The position numbers were made by a program, and so were the translations under genes. A stretch of DNA of 62,981 bases, filler included, from Octopus bimaculoides (lineage: Eukaryota): the NCBI RefSeq assembly GCF_001194135.2. It is 4 parts of 4 records of this genome, joined end to end, with 100 filler letters (N's around TTAATTAATTAA, not from the genome) between each part and the next. Parts side by side here need not be neighbours in the genome. Positions count along the whole stretch, not along the records: positions 53,613 to 62,981 come from NC_068986.1; 3 more parts are not named here. One strand, given 5' to 3'. Below are positions 60,651 to 62,981 of this stretch, piece after piece; within the stretch, counting starts at the first letter, position 1; every line of letters begins with the position of its first letter. The notes under the pieces were generated by a model, which was given only the letters and a program-made list of their open reading frames with translations, did no database searches and had not been told where the DNA came from.

Positions 60651-62291
60651 TACATACATACATACATACATACATACAGACAGACATACATACACACATA
60701 CGTGGATTATACGGTAAAAGAACCCACATTATAAGATATACATAGATGCGTATTGATATAATATATGTATGTATATGTATGTATATGTATGTATATGAAT
60801 GTCTATGTGTGTGTACATGTGTGCGTGCGGGTGTATGCGCGCGTGTGTGNNNNNNNNNNNNNNNNNNNNNNNNNNNNNNNNNNNNNNNNNNNNNNNNNNN
60901 NNNNNNNNNNNNNNNNNNNNNNNNNNNNNNNNNNNNNNNNNNNNNNNNNNNNNNNNNNNNNNNNNNNNNNNNNNNNNNNNNNNNNNNNNNNNNNNNNNNN
61001 NNNNNNNNNNNNNNNNNNNNNNNNNNNNNNNNNNNNNNNNNNNNNNNNNNNNNNNNNNNNNNNNNNNNNNNNNNNNNNNNNNNNNNNNNNNGAATGTCTA
61101 TGTGTGTGTACATGTGTGCGTGCGGGTGTATGCGCGCGTGTGTGCGTGTGTATTTGTATGTATTTATGTATGTATATGAATGTGCATCACATATATTCTC
61201 GAACTTCAAGCGTTAATTCTATTATAAGATTCGTGCATGTAAAATCATAAGGCCACCACAAAGTATATGTGCATATAAGTGTGCATGTATGAATGTATAT
61301 AAGTATGAACATTTGTACATGAGTGTGTTCACACACGTACAGTAACACACACATATATATATATGTGTAGAATTAAACACATCACATATATCTATGTAAA
61401 TGGATATATAAAACGCATATCGATATATGCATATACATATATACATACGTTTATATATGTCTGTCTGTCTATCTATCTATATATCTATCTATCTATCTAT
61501 CTGTCTGTCTGTCTGTCTGTCTGTCTATATATGTAGTGAGAGAGACAGGGAGAGAGAAATTATACATATGTATATATATATATATATATATACAAGCACA
61601 ATTAAAGGTTACAAACCTCATCCAGGGATAGCAAAATCCTATGAAAGTACTGGTTATTTACCTATACAAAGAATGTTGAACATTGTATTTACTACTCAAC
61701 TGAAAGGTAACTATATAAACCGTGGTTTATATACATATATCTTTATTATAATAATAAGATGAGAAAATTCTGACCCTCCGAAGGTTAATTAATTAAATTA
61801 AAAATCATTTGAAAGTTGTATGTCTTCAGGGGTAGATAAAGATATACAAAACAAGTGTTCAATACCTGCATGAGTAAACAACTGCAAACCGTTAACTGAT
61901 GCGTTAAGAACGTAGTATAAAATGGTAGGGACCTTACAATGGGAGTAAGGTTGTGTATAATGATAAGTAAAACAATATATTCACCTTGAGTGTCAAGTAT
62001 AAGAAAGCTCAAGTAGATGTAATTGGTAAAAATGTCATATTGCGCTATTATGTCTATTCTTATAAGATTAGTATGTAGAGTTTAATTCAAGTGTGTATAA
62101 TGACTAATATTTAATTAAAGTGGAAGATATTCAGGCAATATATTACTTATTATGAATATAGAAATATTAGACTTATTAGAATATTAACTTAATTTTACGT
62201 TACATAAAAATTATAAATAAAAACATGAATAAAGTAAAGTAATATATATATATATATATATATATGCATGTATGTATGTATGTATATATAT

Positions 62292-62494
62292 GGCCGTGTG
62301 GTAAGAAGCTTCCTTCCCAACCACATGATTCCGGGTTCAGTTCCACTGCATGCTACCTTGGGCAAGTGTCTTCTACTATACCCTCGGGCTGACCAAAGCC
62401 ATCAGAGTGGATTTGTTAGACGGAAACAGAAATAATCTCGTCATATACATATATACATACACACATACACACACACATAAGTATGTGTATGTGT

Positions 62495-62534
<40 letters not shown>

Positions 62535-62750
62535 CTGTCTGTGTTTGTCCCCCACCTCCTAACCATCGCTTGACAACCGATAATGGTGTGTTTATGACCC
62601 CGTAACTTGGCACTTCGAGAAAAGAGACCAATAGAATAAGTACTAGGCTTCTGAAGATTAAGTCCTGGGTTCGATTTCTCCAGCTAAAAACCCTTTAATA
62701 TTGTGCTCCAGCATGGCCGCATTCAAATGACTGAAACAAGTAAGAAAATA
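62292..62750 (+). mobile_element. SINE family B, full length
   Basis: ggccgtgtggtaagaagcttccttcccaaccac..ccttgggcaagtgtcttctac..gcatggccgcattcaaatgactgaaacaagtaag. Confidence 0.88.
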
Positions 62751-62766
62751 AAGGTTTGAAAGTATA

Positions 62767-62811
<45 letters not shown>

Positions 62812-62814
62812 ACG

Positions 62815-62888
<74 letters not shown>

Positions 62889-62981
62889 GATAGACCTGTT
62901 AAACTTCAGTGCATGTTCTTTTTAGTAGCACACTTTATTCACACGATGGACATCTCTATATCTGCCACGAACTAGGCGTAT

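Noticed and set aside
60797-61144. 53-bp direct repeat on either side of a gap (60797-60849 and 61092-61144)
   Set aside because: Identical contig-end sequence across an N run most likely reflects an unmerged overlap.

Overview
AT-rich, microsatellite- and gap-rich eukaryotic DNA. The SINE families look like those of Octopus/cephalopods, but the organism is inferred, not proven. The only host genes I can support are two divergent, intron-containing paralogs of MMACHC (CblC, the cobalamin-processing enzyme), arranged tail-to-tail on one gap-free stretch. Copy A (+) has exons at 17064-17258, 18641-18784 and 21295-21663. Copy B (-) has exons at 28870-28664, 25580-25431 and 22523-22182. Both keep the phase-0 intron positions of human MMACHC exons 2-4, GT-AG sites and open frames; I could not locate exon 1 of either. 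Against the human protein (recalled from memory, aligned by eye), both share Pro at R161 and Ala at R206, two of the three glutathione-binding arginines, while R230 is kept. Copy A has also lost several cobalamin-pocket residues and gained a basic/hydrophobic tail ending in GCCM. This suggests a neofunctionalised CblC-like subfamily and is the main candidate novel system here. The rest is mobile DNA: CR1-, RTE-, Tx1/L1- and Penelope-like fragments, Tc1/mariner and hAT derivatives, three tRNA-derived SINE families, fold-back elements and many microsatellites. A Tx1-like LINE sits inside a SINE with an 11-bp TSD and shares its 3' tail with another SINE copy. Most long ORFs in the supplied track are artefacts of N runs and simple repeats.
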